From the sequence record SRR22947725_7192: a DNA stretch of 38,942 nucleotides. One strand, given 5' to 3'. The notes under the pieces were generated by a model. The model did not search any database. It was not told where the DNA came from and was given only the letters and a program-made list of their open reading frames with translations. Positions 29,233 through 38,942 of this stretch are shown here, piece after piece. A program made the position numbers and the translations under genes. The number at the start of each line of letters is the position of its first letter. Positions within the stretch are counted from its first letter, which is position 1.

Positions 29233-31700
29233 TGAAGGTCCCGCTTAGTTGGCTCGCTGAATACGTTGAACTTCCCAAGGACGCCTCGCCGCACGATGTC
29301 ATGGAGCAGCTGGTCCGCGTTGGCCTAGAAGAAGAATCCGCTATCGGTGGAGAGATCACCGGGCCAGTCGTTGTTGGCAAGGTGCTCGAATTTGTCGAGG
29401 AAGAGCAGTCAAATGGCAAGACCATTAGGTGGTGCCAGGTTCAGGTCGGTCCAAAGCCGGAGGATGTCCGAGGCATAGTCTGCGGCGCGAGAAACTTTGA
29501 GGTTGGCGACAAGGTGGTTGTAACGCTGCCAGGGGCGGTGTTGCCTGGTGGCTTTGAGATCGCTGCCCGAAAGACCTATGGGCACATCTCCGACGGCATG
29601 ATCGCATCGGCCAAGGAGCTCAGTCTCAGCGACGACCACGACGGAATCCTGCGGCTAGTAACCCTGGGACTTGATCCTGAGCTGGGAAGCGATGCGTTGG
29701 AGCTGCTAGGTCTCAATGAAGCCGCGGCTGAAGTCAATGTGACTCCCGACAGGGGCTATTGCTTCTCAATCCGCGGAATTGCCAGAGAGTACTCGCACGC
29801 AACCAAGGCCAAGTTCACCGACCCAGCATCGCAGGTAACGCCTGAGAAGGTCTCCGGCTTTGATCTCAAGGTCGCCGACAGCGCCCCAATTCATGGCACC
29901 GCTGGCTGCTCAAACTTCTTGCTGGTGGGGGTTGAAGGAATCGATGCCACCTCGCCCACTCCGTCCTGGATGGCAAATCGACTGAAGCTTGCGGGCATGC
30001 GATCAATTTCGATAGCCGTCGACATCACGAACTACGTGATGCTTGAGATGGGCCAGCCCCTTCACGCCTACGACCTCGACAGGCTGACCGGTGGCATTGA
30101 GGTTCGCAGGGCCAAAAAGGGCGAGAAGATAACCACCCTTGACGATAAAGAGCGCATCCTGCACGAAGAGGATCTCTTGATCACAGATCAGAGTGGACCT
30201 ATCGGCATCGCCGGTGTCATGGGAGGCGCGAGCACTGAAGTCAGCGACGCCACAACAAAGATCCTGCTTGAGGCCGCGATCTTTGATCCGATCTCGATCG
30301 CGCGCTCGGCACGCAGGCACAAACTGCCATCTGAGGCATCTCGAAGGTTTGAGCGCGGTGTTGACCACAAAGTTTCCGCCTACGCTGCCGCTAGGGCCGC
30401 ACAGCTGTTGGTCGAGCTCGCCGGCGGCAAGCTCTCAGGACTTGGCGCAGAGCACGTTACCGAGATGGCTGCTGTAAAGATTTCCATGGACGCAAGCTTT
30501 CCTTCGGCTCTCGTCGGCTATGAATACCAGGAAAAGGAAGTCGTCGCGGCTCTGGAGATGATTGGCTGCAAGGTCTCAGGCAAGGGGTCTTTAGAGGTTG
30601 AGGTTCCTTCTTGGCGGCCAGATCTCAGGCACAAAACTGATCTAGCCGAAGAGGTTGCAAGGCTTGTGGGGTATGACAAGATTCCTGCCACCATTCCAGT
30701 CGCACCTCCCGGCAGAGGACTCACCCGCAAGCAGCAGCTGCGCAGAAAAGTTCTCGGCACGCTCGTTGGCGGCGGCTTTGTTGAGGTCCTCAACTACCCG
30801 TTCTACTCTCCCGAGCAGAATTCTTGGTTTAGCTCTCGTAAAGCAATAGAACTTGAAAACCCGATCCAGAGCGAGGCGGGACAGCTTCGCAAGGAGCTGT
30901 TGCCAGGGCTGTTGCAAGCAGCATCAAGAAATGTCTCCAGAGCAAATAGCAATCTCGCGATTGTTGAGGAGGGTTCCGCTTTCAAATTTGGCGGAACCGC
31001 GGTTACTTCGCTGCCGGTGGGCAATGAGCGACCAAGTGACAAGGTTTTGGCGAGCCTGAACGCCTCGATTCCGTCGCAGCCGAGGAAGCTTGCGGGTGTG
31101 GTCCTAGGTGACTGGGTTCCGCAGCAGCCAGGTCAAGCCTCTATAGAAGCTGGCTACCAGCAAGCCATCTCGGCTCTGTTTTCTGCCCTAGGCAGCATTG
31201 GAGTTGATGCAGCTCTCACTCAGTCCGAGGTTATGGGCCTTCACCCTGGCAGAGGAGCAAAGGTTTTAGTTTCGGGCAAAGAGGTCGGCATTGCCGGTGA
31301 GCTACACCCCGACATCGCTGACGAGCTTCACCTTCCAGGGAGGGTAGGGGTCTTCGAGGTTGATCTGAGTGCCATATATGACCTGTCACCAGAGCTAATT
31401 ACCGCATCCGAGATAGGCGTCATGCCAGCTGCCACCCAAGATCTTTCGCTGGTTGTCGGGCTCGATGTTTCGGCAGCTGATCTGGTGGAGACAATTGAAG
31501 AGGGTGCCGGTGAGCTCCTTGAGAGCATCTCGCTAGTTGATGACTGGCGCTCGGAGACTCTCGGCCAGAAAAAGTCACTCACCTTCTCAATGGTCTTTAG
31601 GGCCAAGGACAAGACACTGACTGCAGCCGAGGCCACCGCTGCCAAGGAGTCAGCTGTTCAGCTGGCCGCAGAGCGGCATGGAGCGGAGCTGCGCGCATGA
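29232..31700 (+). CDS. pheT: Phenylalanine--tRNA ligase beta subunit
   Basis: [39 protein letters not shown] and [10 protein letters not shown]. Confidence 0.97.
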   Translation: MKVPLSWLAEYVELPKDASPHDVMEQLVRVGLEEESAIGGEITGPVVVGKVLEFVEEEQSNGKTIRWCQVQVGPKPEDVRGIVCGARNFEVGDKVVVTLPGAVLPGGFEIAARKTYGHISDGMIASAKELSLSDDHDGILRLVTLGLDPELGSDALELLGLNEAAAEVNVTPDRGYCFSIRGIAREYSHATKAKFTDPASQVTPEKVSGFDLKVADSAPIHGTAGCSNFLLVGVEGIDATSPTPSWMANRLKLAGMRSISIAVDITNYVMLEMGQPLHAYDLDRLTGGIEVRRAKKGEKITTLDDKERILHEEDLLITDQSGPIGIAGVMGGASTEVSDATTKILLEAAIFDPISIARSARRHKLPSEASRRFERGVDHKVSAYAAARAAQLLVELAGGKLSGLGAEHVTEMAAVKISMDASFPSALVGYEYQEKEVVAALEMIGCKVSGKGSLEVEVPSWRPDLRHKTDLAEEVARLVGYDKIPATIPVAPPGRGLTRKQQLRRKVLGTLVGGGFVEVLNYPFYSPEQNSWFSSRKAIELENPIQSEAGQLRKELLPGLLQAASRNVSRANSNLAIVEEGSAFKFGGTAVTSLPVGNERPSDKVLASLNASIPSQPRKLAGVVLGDWVPQQPGQASIEAGYQQAISALFSALGSIGVDAALTQSEVMGLHPGRGAKVLVSGKEVGIAGELHPDIADELHLPGRVGVFEVDLSAIYDLSPELITASEIGVMPAATQDLSLVVGLDVSAADLVETIEEGAGELLESISLVDDWRSETLGQKKSLTFSMVFRAKDKTLTAAEATAAKESAVQLAAERHGAELRA

Positions 31701-32743
31701 CGATTCAGGTTGCGGTCGCGGGAGCCAGTGGTTACGCAGGCGGGGAGCTGCTTCGGCTCATCTCCGCTCACCCAATGCTCGACCTGGGCAACGTGACCGC
31801 TTTTTCAAACGCAGGGGAGACCCTGGGCAAGATTCAGCGGCACCTAGGTGAGTTTGCCGACCGCGTTCTGCTTGAGACGACTGCTGAAAACCTGATGGGC
31901 CACGAGGTGGTCTTCTTAGCCCTGCCTCACGGTCAGAGCGCGGCTATTGCAAATCAACTTCCTGAGCACATGCTGGTGATTGATTGCGGAGCGGACTTTA
32001 GGCTTCACGACCCCTCCGCATGGCGTGACTACTACGGCAGCGAGCATGCGGGAACCTGGCCCTACGGACTTCCCGAGATGGTCACCGCGGACGGCGGAAA
32101 GCTGCGCGGGAGACTGCGTGAGCAGCGCAGGATCGCAGTCCCGGGCTGCAATGTCACGGCGGTCACTCTTGCCTTGGCGCCCGCGGCGGCGACGGATCTG
32201 ATTCAGGTCGAAGACCTGGTTGCCACCCTCGCGGTTGGCACATCGGGAGCTGGCAGGGCGGCAAAGCCGGACCTGCTCGCCACCGAGGTGATGGGATCGG
32301 CGAGGGCCTACTCCGTGGCCGGGTCACATCGCCACATCCCTGAGATGCTTCAGAATCTTGCGATTGCATCGGGTAAGCGCGGATCGATTTCCTTCACACC
32401 AATCCTGGTTCCGATGACAAGGGGCATCTTTGCCTCCGTGGCTGCAAAGCCGGGCAGGCGATTCTCTATGGAATACATTCGCGAGGTTTATCAGGATGCC
32501 TACGGCGATGAAGAGTTTGTGAAGCTGTTGCCTCCGGGAGAGGTTCCACAGACCGGAGCTGTGCTGGGCTCGAACATGGCCCACGTCGCAATCGAATACG
32601 ACGAGCGTGCCGGTCGGGTTTTGTTTATGTGTGCAATTGACAACCTAGTGAAGGGCACCGCAGGTGCTGCGATTCAGAGCATGAACATAGCGCTGGGACT
32701 CACCGAGCAGACTGGGTTGACAACCGTTGGGGTAGCTCCTTGA
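31697..32743 (+). CDS. argC: N-acetyl-gamma-glutamyl-phosphate reductase
   Basis: [22 protein letters not shown] and [16 protein letters not shown]. Confidence 0.96.
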   Translation: MTIQVAVAGASGYAGGELLRLISAHPMLDLGNVTAFSNAGETLGKIQRHLGEFADRVLLETTAENLMGHEVVFLALPHGQSAAIANQLPEHMLVIDCGADFRLHDPSAWRDYYGSEHAGTWPYGLPEMVTADGGKLRGRLREQRRIAVPGCNVTAVTLALAPAAATDLIQVEDLVATLAVGTSGAGRAAKPDLLATEVMGSARAYSVAGSHRHIPEMLQNLAIASGKRGSISFTPILVPMTRGIFASVAAKPGRRFSMEYIREVYQDAYGDEEFVKLLPPGEVPQTGAVLGSNMAHVAIEYDERAGRVLFMCAIDNLVKGTAGAAIQSMNIALGLTEQTGLTTVGVAP

Positions 32744-33891
32744 GCGTCAGCTTTCCAGAAGGTTTCAGGGCAGCGGGAGTTGCATCGGGGCTGAAGGCAA
32801 GTGGCAACAAAGACGTGGCGCTAGTTGTCAATGACGGTCCCAAGCACGTTGCGGCAGCTGTCTTTACCTCGAACCGCTGCAAAGCAAACCCAATTCTTTG
32901 GTCTCAAGAGGTAATCAAGTCAGGTCTTGCCCGGGCAATCATTCTCAACTCCGGCGGCGCGAATTGCTATACCGGACCCCAGGGGTTCCAAACTACCCAT
33001 GCCACCGCCGAGAAGGTTGGGGAGCTCCTAGGTACTGGAGCGGCAGAAATTCTCGTTTGCTCCACTGGACTCATCGGGGAGCAGCTCGACAGAGACAAGC
33101 TCTTGTCGGGAGCGCAAGAGGCTTTTTCGACTCTCGCTGCCGATGGTGGTGCTAGAGCGGCCGAGGCGATCATGACCACCGACACCGTTCCGAAGCTTGC
33201 AACTCGGCAGGGCTCAGGGTATCGACTTGGCGGCATGGCAAAGGGTGCTGGCATGCTCGCCCCTGCGCTAGCGACCATGCTCGTTGTGATCACCACCGAT
33301 GCTGATCTTGAGCCCCAAGAGCTAGATACTGCGCTGCGGGAGGCTACTCGCCTCAGTTTTGACCGGTTGGACTCTGATGGTGCGATGTCGACCAATGATC
33401 AGGTAACGCTAATGGCCTCTGGTGCATCAGGAGTGGAGCCTGCGCCAGCTGAGTTTCAAGAGCTGTTGACAGAGCTTTGTCAGGAGCTGGCACTGAAGCT
33501 TCTTGATGATGCCGAGGGTGCAAGTCACAACATCCACATCAAAGTTCAAGGCGCGGCCAGCGAGACCGATGCTCTTGAGGTTGGTCGGGCTATTGCACGG
33601 AACAGCCTGTTTAAAACTGCAATCTTTGGAAACGATCCAAATTGGGGCAGGATTCTGGCAGCCATTGGCACCACCTCGGCGGCCTTTGACCCCTACAACA
33701 TTAATGTCTCCATGAATTCGGTGTTGATCTCTGCCAAGGGAATGCCTGCCGCAGACCGCTCCGAGGTAGACCTCAGCGGCAGAGAAGTCGTAATCGAGAT
33801 TGACCTTCACTCTGGAGACCAAGCGGCTACCGTTGTCACCAACGACCTGACCCATGCCTACGTCGAAGAGAACAGTGCATACTCAAGCTAA
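32740..33891 (+). CDS. argJ: Glutamate N-acetyltransferase / ornithine acetyltransferase
   Basis: [34 protein letters not shown] and DPNWGRI. Confidence 0.96.
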   Translation: MSVSFPEGFRAAGVASGLKASGNKDVALVVNDGPKHVAAAVFTSNRCKANPILWSQEVIKSGLARAIILNSGGANCYTGPQGFQTTHATAEKVGELLGTGAAEILVCSTGLIGEQLDRDKLLSGAQEAFSTLAADGGARAAEAIMTTDTVPKLATRQGSGYRLGGMAKGAGMLAPALATMLVVITTDADLEPQELDTALREATRLSFDRLDSDGAMSTNDQVTLMASGASGVEPAPAEFQELLTELCQELALKLLDDAEGASHNIHIKVQGAASETDALEVGRAIARNSLFKTAIFGNDPNWGRILAAIGTTSAAFDPYNINVSMNSVLISAKGMPAADRSEVDLSGREVVIEIDLHSGDQAATVVTNDLTHAYVEENSAYSS

Positions 33892-34778
33892 TGAAGCCAC
33901 AGCAATCCGATAATGCCCTAGCCAAGATCAAGGCAGAGACCCTGATCGAGTCGCTGGACTGGCTCAAGGACTTTCACGGCCGCATCGTCGTCATTAAGTT
34001 CGGCGGTAATGCCATGGTTGATGAAGAGCTGCAGAAGGCCTTCGCCCAGGACATGGCCTATTTGAGGTTCGTTGGCATAAAGCCAGTTGTGGTTCACGGG
34101 GGCGGTCCTCAAATCACCGCCAGGCTTGCAGAGCAGGGCATCGAGAGTGAGTTCCGAGGGGGACTTCGCTATACCGATGAGAAGACCATTGAGGTCGTTC
34201 GCGATGTCTTGAGGAATCAGATTGGTGCAAAGCTTGCGGGGCTAATTAGCGATAGTGGCGCTGGGGCAAAGGTACTTTCAGGCGAAGACGATGACCTGTT
34301 TCGTGCCGTGAAGGTGAAGGGGAAGACCCCTGACGGTGAGGTTGATCTCGGGCTGGTTGGGGAAGTCAGAAGCGTGAACCCCCGCAGCGTCATTCAGGCA
34401 ATTGAGCGCGGAGATGTCCCGGTAATTTCGACGGTTGCCCCCACCACCCAAGGAGAACTTCTCAACGTAAATGCCGACCTGGCCGCGGCCTCATTGGCGG
34501 TTGCGCTAGGAGCCGAGAAGTTGATGGTGCTCACCGACGTGGCAGGTCTCTATGCGGACTGGCCAAATCGCGACTCGCTGGTTTCGGAGATAGCCGCGAA
34601 TGAACTTAGGGAACTTATGCCCTCTTTGGAGTCTGGGATGATTCCAAAGATGCAGGCCTGTCTGGACGCAGTAGATGGTGGTGTGCCAAAGGCCCACATA
34701 ATTGACGGACGGGAGCCGCACAGTATCTTGCTTGAGATTTTTACGGCTTCAGGTGTTGGTACGCAGGTGACGAGGTAG
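33891..34778 (+). CDS. argB: Acetylglutamate kinase
   Basis: [25 protein letters not shown] and GMIPKM. Confidence 0.96.
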   Translation: MKPQQSDNALAKIKAETLIESLDWLKDFHGRIVVIKFGGNAMVDEELQKAFAQDMAYLRFVGIKPVVVHGGGPQITARLAEQGIESEFRGGLRYTDEKTIEVVRDVLRNQIGAKLAGLISDSGAGAKVLSGEDDDLFRAVKVKGKTPDGEVDLGLVGEVRSVNPRSVIQAIERGDVPVISTVAPTTQGELLNVNADLAAASLAVALGAEKLMVLTDVAGLYADWPNRDSLVSEIAANELRELMPSLESGMIPKMQACLDAVDGGVPKAHIIDGREPHSILLEIFTASGVGTQVTR

Positions 34779-34780
34779 AG

Positions 34781-35704
34781 ATGACAAGACACTTTCTCAA
34801 AGACGACGACCTAACTCCTTTGGAGCAGGAGGCCATAATTGAGCGCGCCATCAAGCTGAAGGCCGACAGGTTTGCAGAGCGACCTTTTGCCGGCCCTCAG
34901 ACCGTTGCTGTCATTTTTGACAAGACCTCCACGAGAACCCGAGTTTCTTTTGCGGTCGGTATCGCCGACCTTGGGGGAGTGCCGCTGATACTCGACACCG
35001 GTGTTTCCCAGCTGGGAAAGAAGGAGTCGGTTGCCGACACCGCCAAGGTCTTGGAGCGTCAGGTGGCGCAGATTGTTTGGCGCACCTATGCCCAGACCGG
35101 TCTTGAGGAGATGGCGGCAAATTCTTCGGTGCCGGTTATTAATGCCCTAAGTGATTCGTGGCATCCGTGCCAGCTCTTGGCCGATCTCATGACAATTCGT
35201 GAGCAGTTCGGAAAGACAAAGGGTTTGAAGCTTGCCTATGTGGGCGATGCCGCGAACAACATGGCTAACAGCTACCTCGTTGCCTGCGCGCTTGCCGGCA
35301 TGAGCGTGTCGGTGGCAGCGCCCGAAGGCTACCTGCCAGACGAGAGCGTTGTTTCACGGGCAAGGGAGATTGCGGCGATGTTGGGCGGAGTGATTGAGGT
35401 AACCACTGACCCGACTCAGGCAGTGGTTGATGCAAATGTCATTGCCACCGACACCTGGATCTCGATGGGAATGGAGGAAGAGGCCGAAAGGCGCAAAGCG
35501 GACTTCGCAGGATTTAGCGTTGATCAAAAGCTGATGAACCTGGCCTCACCCGATGCGGTGTTCCTGCACTGCCTACCTGCCTATCGGGGGTTTGAGGTTA
35601 GTGCCGATGTAATTGACGGTCCGCGTTCGCTTGTTTGGCAGGAGGCGGAGAATCGCCTCCACGCCCAGAAGGCCCTAATGGCTTGGCTGGCGGAGCAAAA
35701 CTAG
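34781..35704 (+). CDS. argF: Ornithine carbamoyltransferase
   Basis: STRTRVSF, HPCQLLAD, TDTWISMG, HCLPAYRG and AENRLH. Confidence 0.96.
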   Translation: MTRHFLKDDDLTPLEQEAIIERAIKLKADRFAERPFAGPQTVAVIFDKTSTRTRVSFAVGIADLGGVPLILDTGVSQLGKKESVADTAKVLERQVAQIVWRTYAQTGLEEMAANSSVPVINALSDSWHPCQLLADLMTIREQFGKTKGLKLAYVGDAANNMANSYLVACALAGMSVSVAAPEGYLPDESVVSRAREIAAMLGGVIEVTTDPTQAVVDANVIATDTWISMGMEEEAERRKADFAGFSVDQKLMNLASPDAVFLHCLPAYRGFEVSADVIDGPRSLVWQEAENRLHAQKALMAWLAEQN

Positions 35705-35730
35705 ACTTAGACAAACTCGGGTAAGGAATT

Positions 35731-37131
35731 ATGGCACAAAGTAGCGATGCCCTTTGGGGCGGCAGGTTCTCAGGAGCCACCGCTGACGCCATGGCTGCTC
35801 TGAGTAAATCCACCCACTTCGATTGGCGACTTGCCAAGTATGACCTGAGGGGGACAGCTGCCCATGTCAAAGCCCTGAATGCCGCAGGGTATCTAAATGA
35901 CGATGAGCTTGGGGTCATCCAGAAGGCGATTAAGGAGCTCACTACGCGTGTCGAGGGCGGCAGCTTCAAGCCAAAGCCCGAAGAGGAAGACGTTCACGCA
36001 GCTTTAGAGCGTGGCCTGATCGAGATAGCTGGCAGCGATGTCGGAGGCAAGGTCCGCACCGGCCGCAGTCGCAATGATCAGATTGCGACGTTGATCCGTA
36101 TGTTTATGTCCGATGCGGCCGATGCTCTTGAGGAGCAGATCCTTGGCTATATCGAGGCGCTCAGCGGTAAGGCGGAGGAATACATGGGTGCCGCAATGGC
36201 CGGCAGGACCCACTTCCAGCACGCCCAGCCGGTATTGCTCTCGCACCATCTAGCAGCCCATGCCTGGCCCCAGGTAAGAAACCTCCAGCGGCTCGAGGAC
36301 TTTAGGAAGCGGCTCAACAAATCGCCCTACGGATCAGCTGCACTTGCTGGCAACACCCTTGGGCTTGACTCGCAGGCCATTGCCGAGGAACTCGGCTTTG
36401 CCGCTACCACCGAGAATTCGATGGATGCGACCTCGGCTCGAGATCTGGTTGCTGAGTTCACCTTCATAATGTCGCTCGTCGCAATAGACCTATCGGGGCT
36501 CAGCGAAGAGGTCATCGCTTGGGCAACCGTGGAGTTTGGCTATGTCCAACTGGACGATGGTTTTGCAACGGGGTCCTCGATCATGCCGCAGAAGAAGAAC
36601 CCAGACATTGCAGAGCTTGCAAGGGGAAAGACCGGAAGGATTATCGGCAACCTAGCTGGGCTTCTGGCCACCCTCAAGGCTTTGCCGCTTTCCTATAATC
36701 GCGACCTCCAGGAGGACAAGGAGCCAATGTTTGACTCCTTCGACCAGCTGATGCTCGTGATGCCTGCGATGACGGGCATGATTTCCACCCTCACTTTCAA
36801 CAAGAGCAGGATGGAGGACATGGCGTCGGCCGGATTCTCTCTTGCTACCGACATCGCGGAGTGGCTGGTTCGCCAGGGTGTCACCTTCCGCGAGGCCCAC
36901 GAGATATCCGGCAAGCTGGTTAGTTTTTGTGAGGAGAATGGCCTCGAACTTCATGAGCCCAGCGATGAACAGTATCGAGAGGTTTCGATTCATCTAAAGC
37001 CCGAGGTTCGTAAGGTATTGAGTGTGTCGAGCGCCATTGAGGGTAGAAACGGTGCCGGTGGCACATCATCGAAGCAGGTTATCGAGCAGCTGGTGCAGCT
37101 CAGGAAGCTCGTTGGAAAGGCCAAGAAGTAA
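35731..37131 (+). CDS. argH: Argininosuccinate lyase
   Basis: LWGGRF, GRSRNDQ, GSSIMPQKKNPD and YNRDLQEDKE. Confidence 0.97.
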   Translation: MAQSSDALWGGRFSGATADAMAALSKSTHFDWRLAKYDLRGTAAHVKALNAAGYLNDDELGVIQKAIKELTTRVEGGSFKPKPEEEDVHAALERGLIEIAGSDVGGKVRTGRSRNDQIATLIRMFMSDAADALEEQILGYIEALSGKAEEYMGAAMAGRTHFQHAQPVLLSHHLAAHAWPQVRNLQRLEDFRKRLNKSPYGSAALAGNTLGLDSQAIAEELGFAATTENSMDATSARDLVAEFTFIMSLVAIDLSGLSEEVIAWATVEFGYVQLDDGFATGSSIMPQKKNPDIAELARGKTGRIIGNLAGLLATLKALPLSYNRDLQEDKEPMFDSFDQLMLVMPAMTGMISTLTFNKSRMEDMASAGFSLATDIAEWLVRQGVTFREAHEISGKLVSFCEENGLELHEPSDEQYREVSIHLKPEVRKVLSVSSAIEGRNGAGGTSSKQVIEQLVQLRKLVGKAKK

Positions 37132-38429
37132 TGGCTACCAAGGAGACCCTCAACACCCAATCCAACGATTCGAGTTTTTCTCACATTCTCGACGAGCTTC
37201 AGTGGCGAGGCTTGGTGGCGCTTTCGACCGACGAGAAGGAGCTCAGGGCAGCTCTGAGCAAGCCGATCACCTTTTACTGCGGTTTTGACCCGACAGCGCC
37301 AAGCCTGCACCTAGGAAATCTGGTTCAGCTACTCACAATGCGAAGGCTGCAGCTTGCCGGGCACAACCCCCTCGCGTTGGTTGGCGGCGCTACCGGTTTG
37401 GTGGGGGACCCCAAGCCAAATTCTGAGCGGACTCTCAACGATCGCGAGACAGTTGCAGCCTGGGTTGAGAAGCTCGCAGAACAAAACCGCAGATTCTTAG
37501 ATTTTGACGGCAAGAACGCAGCCCAGATGGTGAACAACCTGGACTGGACTAGTGAATACAGTGCGATTGACTTCCTAAGAGAGATTGGTAAGCACTACCG
37601 GGTCGGCAAGATGATCTCAAAGGATGCGGTTTCTGCCAGGCTCAATTCCGACGCCGGCATCAGCTACACAGAGTTTTCCTACCAAATCATGCAGGGACTT
37701 GACTTCCTGGAGCTCTACAGGCGCTACGGCTGCGTGATGCAGACCGGTGGCAGCGATCAATGGGGTAACCTAACCTCCGGCACGGACCTCATCCACAAGG
37801 TTGAGGGCAAGAGTGTGCATTTGATTGCGACTCCGCTGATAACCAATGCCGATGGTAAGAAGTTTGGAAAGAGTGAGGGCAACGCGATCTGGCTCGATAG
37901 CGAGCTCACCAGCCCCTATGCGATGTATCAGTTCTGGCTCAACACCGACGATGCAGATGTTATTGACAGGTTAAAGGTCTTTACCTTCCTCACCAGGGAG
38001 GAGATAGCCGAATACGAGAAGAGCGTTGCCGAGGAGCCATTCAAGCGTGAGGCGCAGCGCAGGCTCGCACTTGAGGTAACGGAGTTGGTGCACTCAAGAC
38101 TTGAGGCCGAGAGCGCTAGGGACGCGTCCCTTGCGCTGTTTGGAAGCGGAGATTTGGCAAGCCTGGATGAGAAGACCCTCAGTTCGGCGCTCGCAGAACT
38201 ACCCAGTGCAAAGCTGCCCAGGGGAGCAAAGATCATTGAGGCTTTGGTAGCGACAGGGCTTGTGGAGTCTAACTCGGAGGCAAGAAGAGCCATTGAGCAG
38301 GGCGCGGTGAGCGTGAACAAGGTAAAAATTGGCTCTGAGGATGAGGCCCTAGAGCCGCTTGCGAGCATGTCCCTAGCCGTTATTTCAAAGGGAAAAAAGA
38401 ACCTCGCCGGGGTTTTCTTTTCAGCCTGA
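37131..38429 (+). CDS. tyrS: Tyrosine--tRNA ligase
   Basis: GFDPTAPSLHLGN, GGSDQWGN, KFGKS and a C-terminal S4-like domain. Confidence 0.98.
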   Translation: MATKETLNTQSNDSSFSHILDELQWRGLVALSTDEKELRAALSKPITFYCGFDPTAPSLHLGNLVQLLTMRRLQLAGHNPLALVGGATGLVGDPKPNSERTLNDRETVAAWVEKLAEQNRRFLDFDGKNAAQMVNNLDWTSEYSAIDFLREIGKHYRVGKMISKDAVSARLNSDAGISYTEFSYQIMQGLDFLELYRRYGCVMQTGGSDQWGNLTSGTDLIHKVEGKSVHLIATPLITNADGKKFGKSEGNAIWLDSELTSPYAMYQFWLNTDDADVIDRLKVFTFLTREEIAEYEKSVAEEPFKREAQRRLALEVTELVHSRLEAESARDASLALFGSGDLASLDEKTLSSALAELPSAKLPRGAKIIEALVATGLVESNSEARRAIEQGAVSVNKVKIGSEDEALEPLASMSLAVISKGKKNLAGVFFSA

Positions 38430-38449
38430 CACGCCCGAAAAAGTTTTAT

Positions 38450-38479
38450 TTGACACGTTTACCAAAACGTAACTAAGCT
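38450..38479 (+). promoter_or_regulatory. rrn promoter P1
   Basis: TTGACA(38450-38455)-18 nt-TAAGCT(38474-38479), with an AT-rich tract upstream. Confidence 0.75.
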
Positions 38480-38641
38480 TTTGCAAGTTGTCCATAGCCG
38501 TAGAGACTCGTGGAGATTCTCGGCTCAAGCACAACAAGTTCTAGACCCTTCGATATTGGCCCTTGTGGCCGGTGTTTCTAGTGTCTAGGATTTAGGTCCG
38601 CAGATAGCTTTTCTGCCCCGAAATCTCAGGGAAACTAGAGA

Positions 38642-38670
38642 TTGCGGAAAGGTCAAGAAATCTGTAGGCT
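38642..38670 (+). promoter_or_regulatory. rrn promoter P2
   Basis: TTGCGG(38642-38647)-17 nt-TAGGCT(38665-38670), followed by AAGTTG as in P1. Confidence 0.62.
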
Positions 38671-38719
38671 TGTGAAGTTGCTCTGGATAGGACCCGAGAG
38701 GGAAATTTCAGAAGCATCC

Positions 38720-38745
38720 GATCTTTGAGAACTCAACAGCGTGCA
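38720..38745 (+). promoter_or_regulatory. rrn leader boxA / 16S processing-stem strand
   Basis: GATCTTTGAGAACTCAACAGCGTG, the conserved actinobacterial rrn leader element. Confidence 0.75.
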
Positions 38746-38909
38746 CAATGTCGATGCCAAAAACCTCGGCAGAAACTTACGTTTCTGCAGAGATTCCTTT
38801 TGGATAAAACAGAATTGTCAGCAAGACAGTTCATTAGCCAAATCAAATTGTTCACCTCAGCTTGCTGGGGTGTTCGTAAAGCTTGACCTCTTTTGAGGTC
38901 AAACAAATC

Positions 38910-38942
38910 TTTACGGAGAGTTTGATCCTGGCTCAGGACGAA
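38910..38942 (+). rRNA. rrs: 16S rRNA, 5' end only (runs off the window edge)
   Basis: AGAGTTTGATCCTGGCTCAG (27F site) at 38917-38936 followed by GACGAA; the mature 5' end is approximate. Confidence 0.97.

Noticed and set aside
1-38942. CRISPR array, IS element, prophage, tRNA or defence genes
   Set aside because: I saw no spaced repeats, transposase or integrase motifs, or cloverleafs; nearly all bases are accounted for by housekeeping genes.

Overview
Core-genome window from a compact actinobacterium. Gene content and order point to Microbacteriaceae; a streamlined Luna-cluster/Aquiluna-like organism is my inference. Order: HAD-IB 3' end, bS22, 2TM protein, truncated ArsR, truncated pnp, M16 peptidase, dapB, thyX, dapA, rnj, ftsK, pgsA, cinA, clgR-like, recA, recX, miaB, miaA, dapF, hflX, lexA, LysM protein, hisC-hisB-hisH-priA, infC-rpmI-rplT, trmH-like, pheST, argC-J-B-F-H, tyrS, then an rrn promoter/leader and the first ~30 nt of 16S rRNA. 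I see no mobile element, CRISPR array, intein or defence island, and no clearly new multi-gene system. The main anomaly is a head-to-head junction at ~977-981, where an ArsR gene and pnp both lose their 5' ends (inversion, deletion or assembly chimera). Other points of interest: argD, argG and argR are absent from an arg cluster that overlaps pheT and tyrS; many promoters look leaderless; several -10 hexamers are built on the upstream stop codon; and the recA promoter region is packed with motifs.
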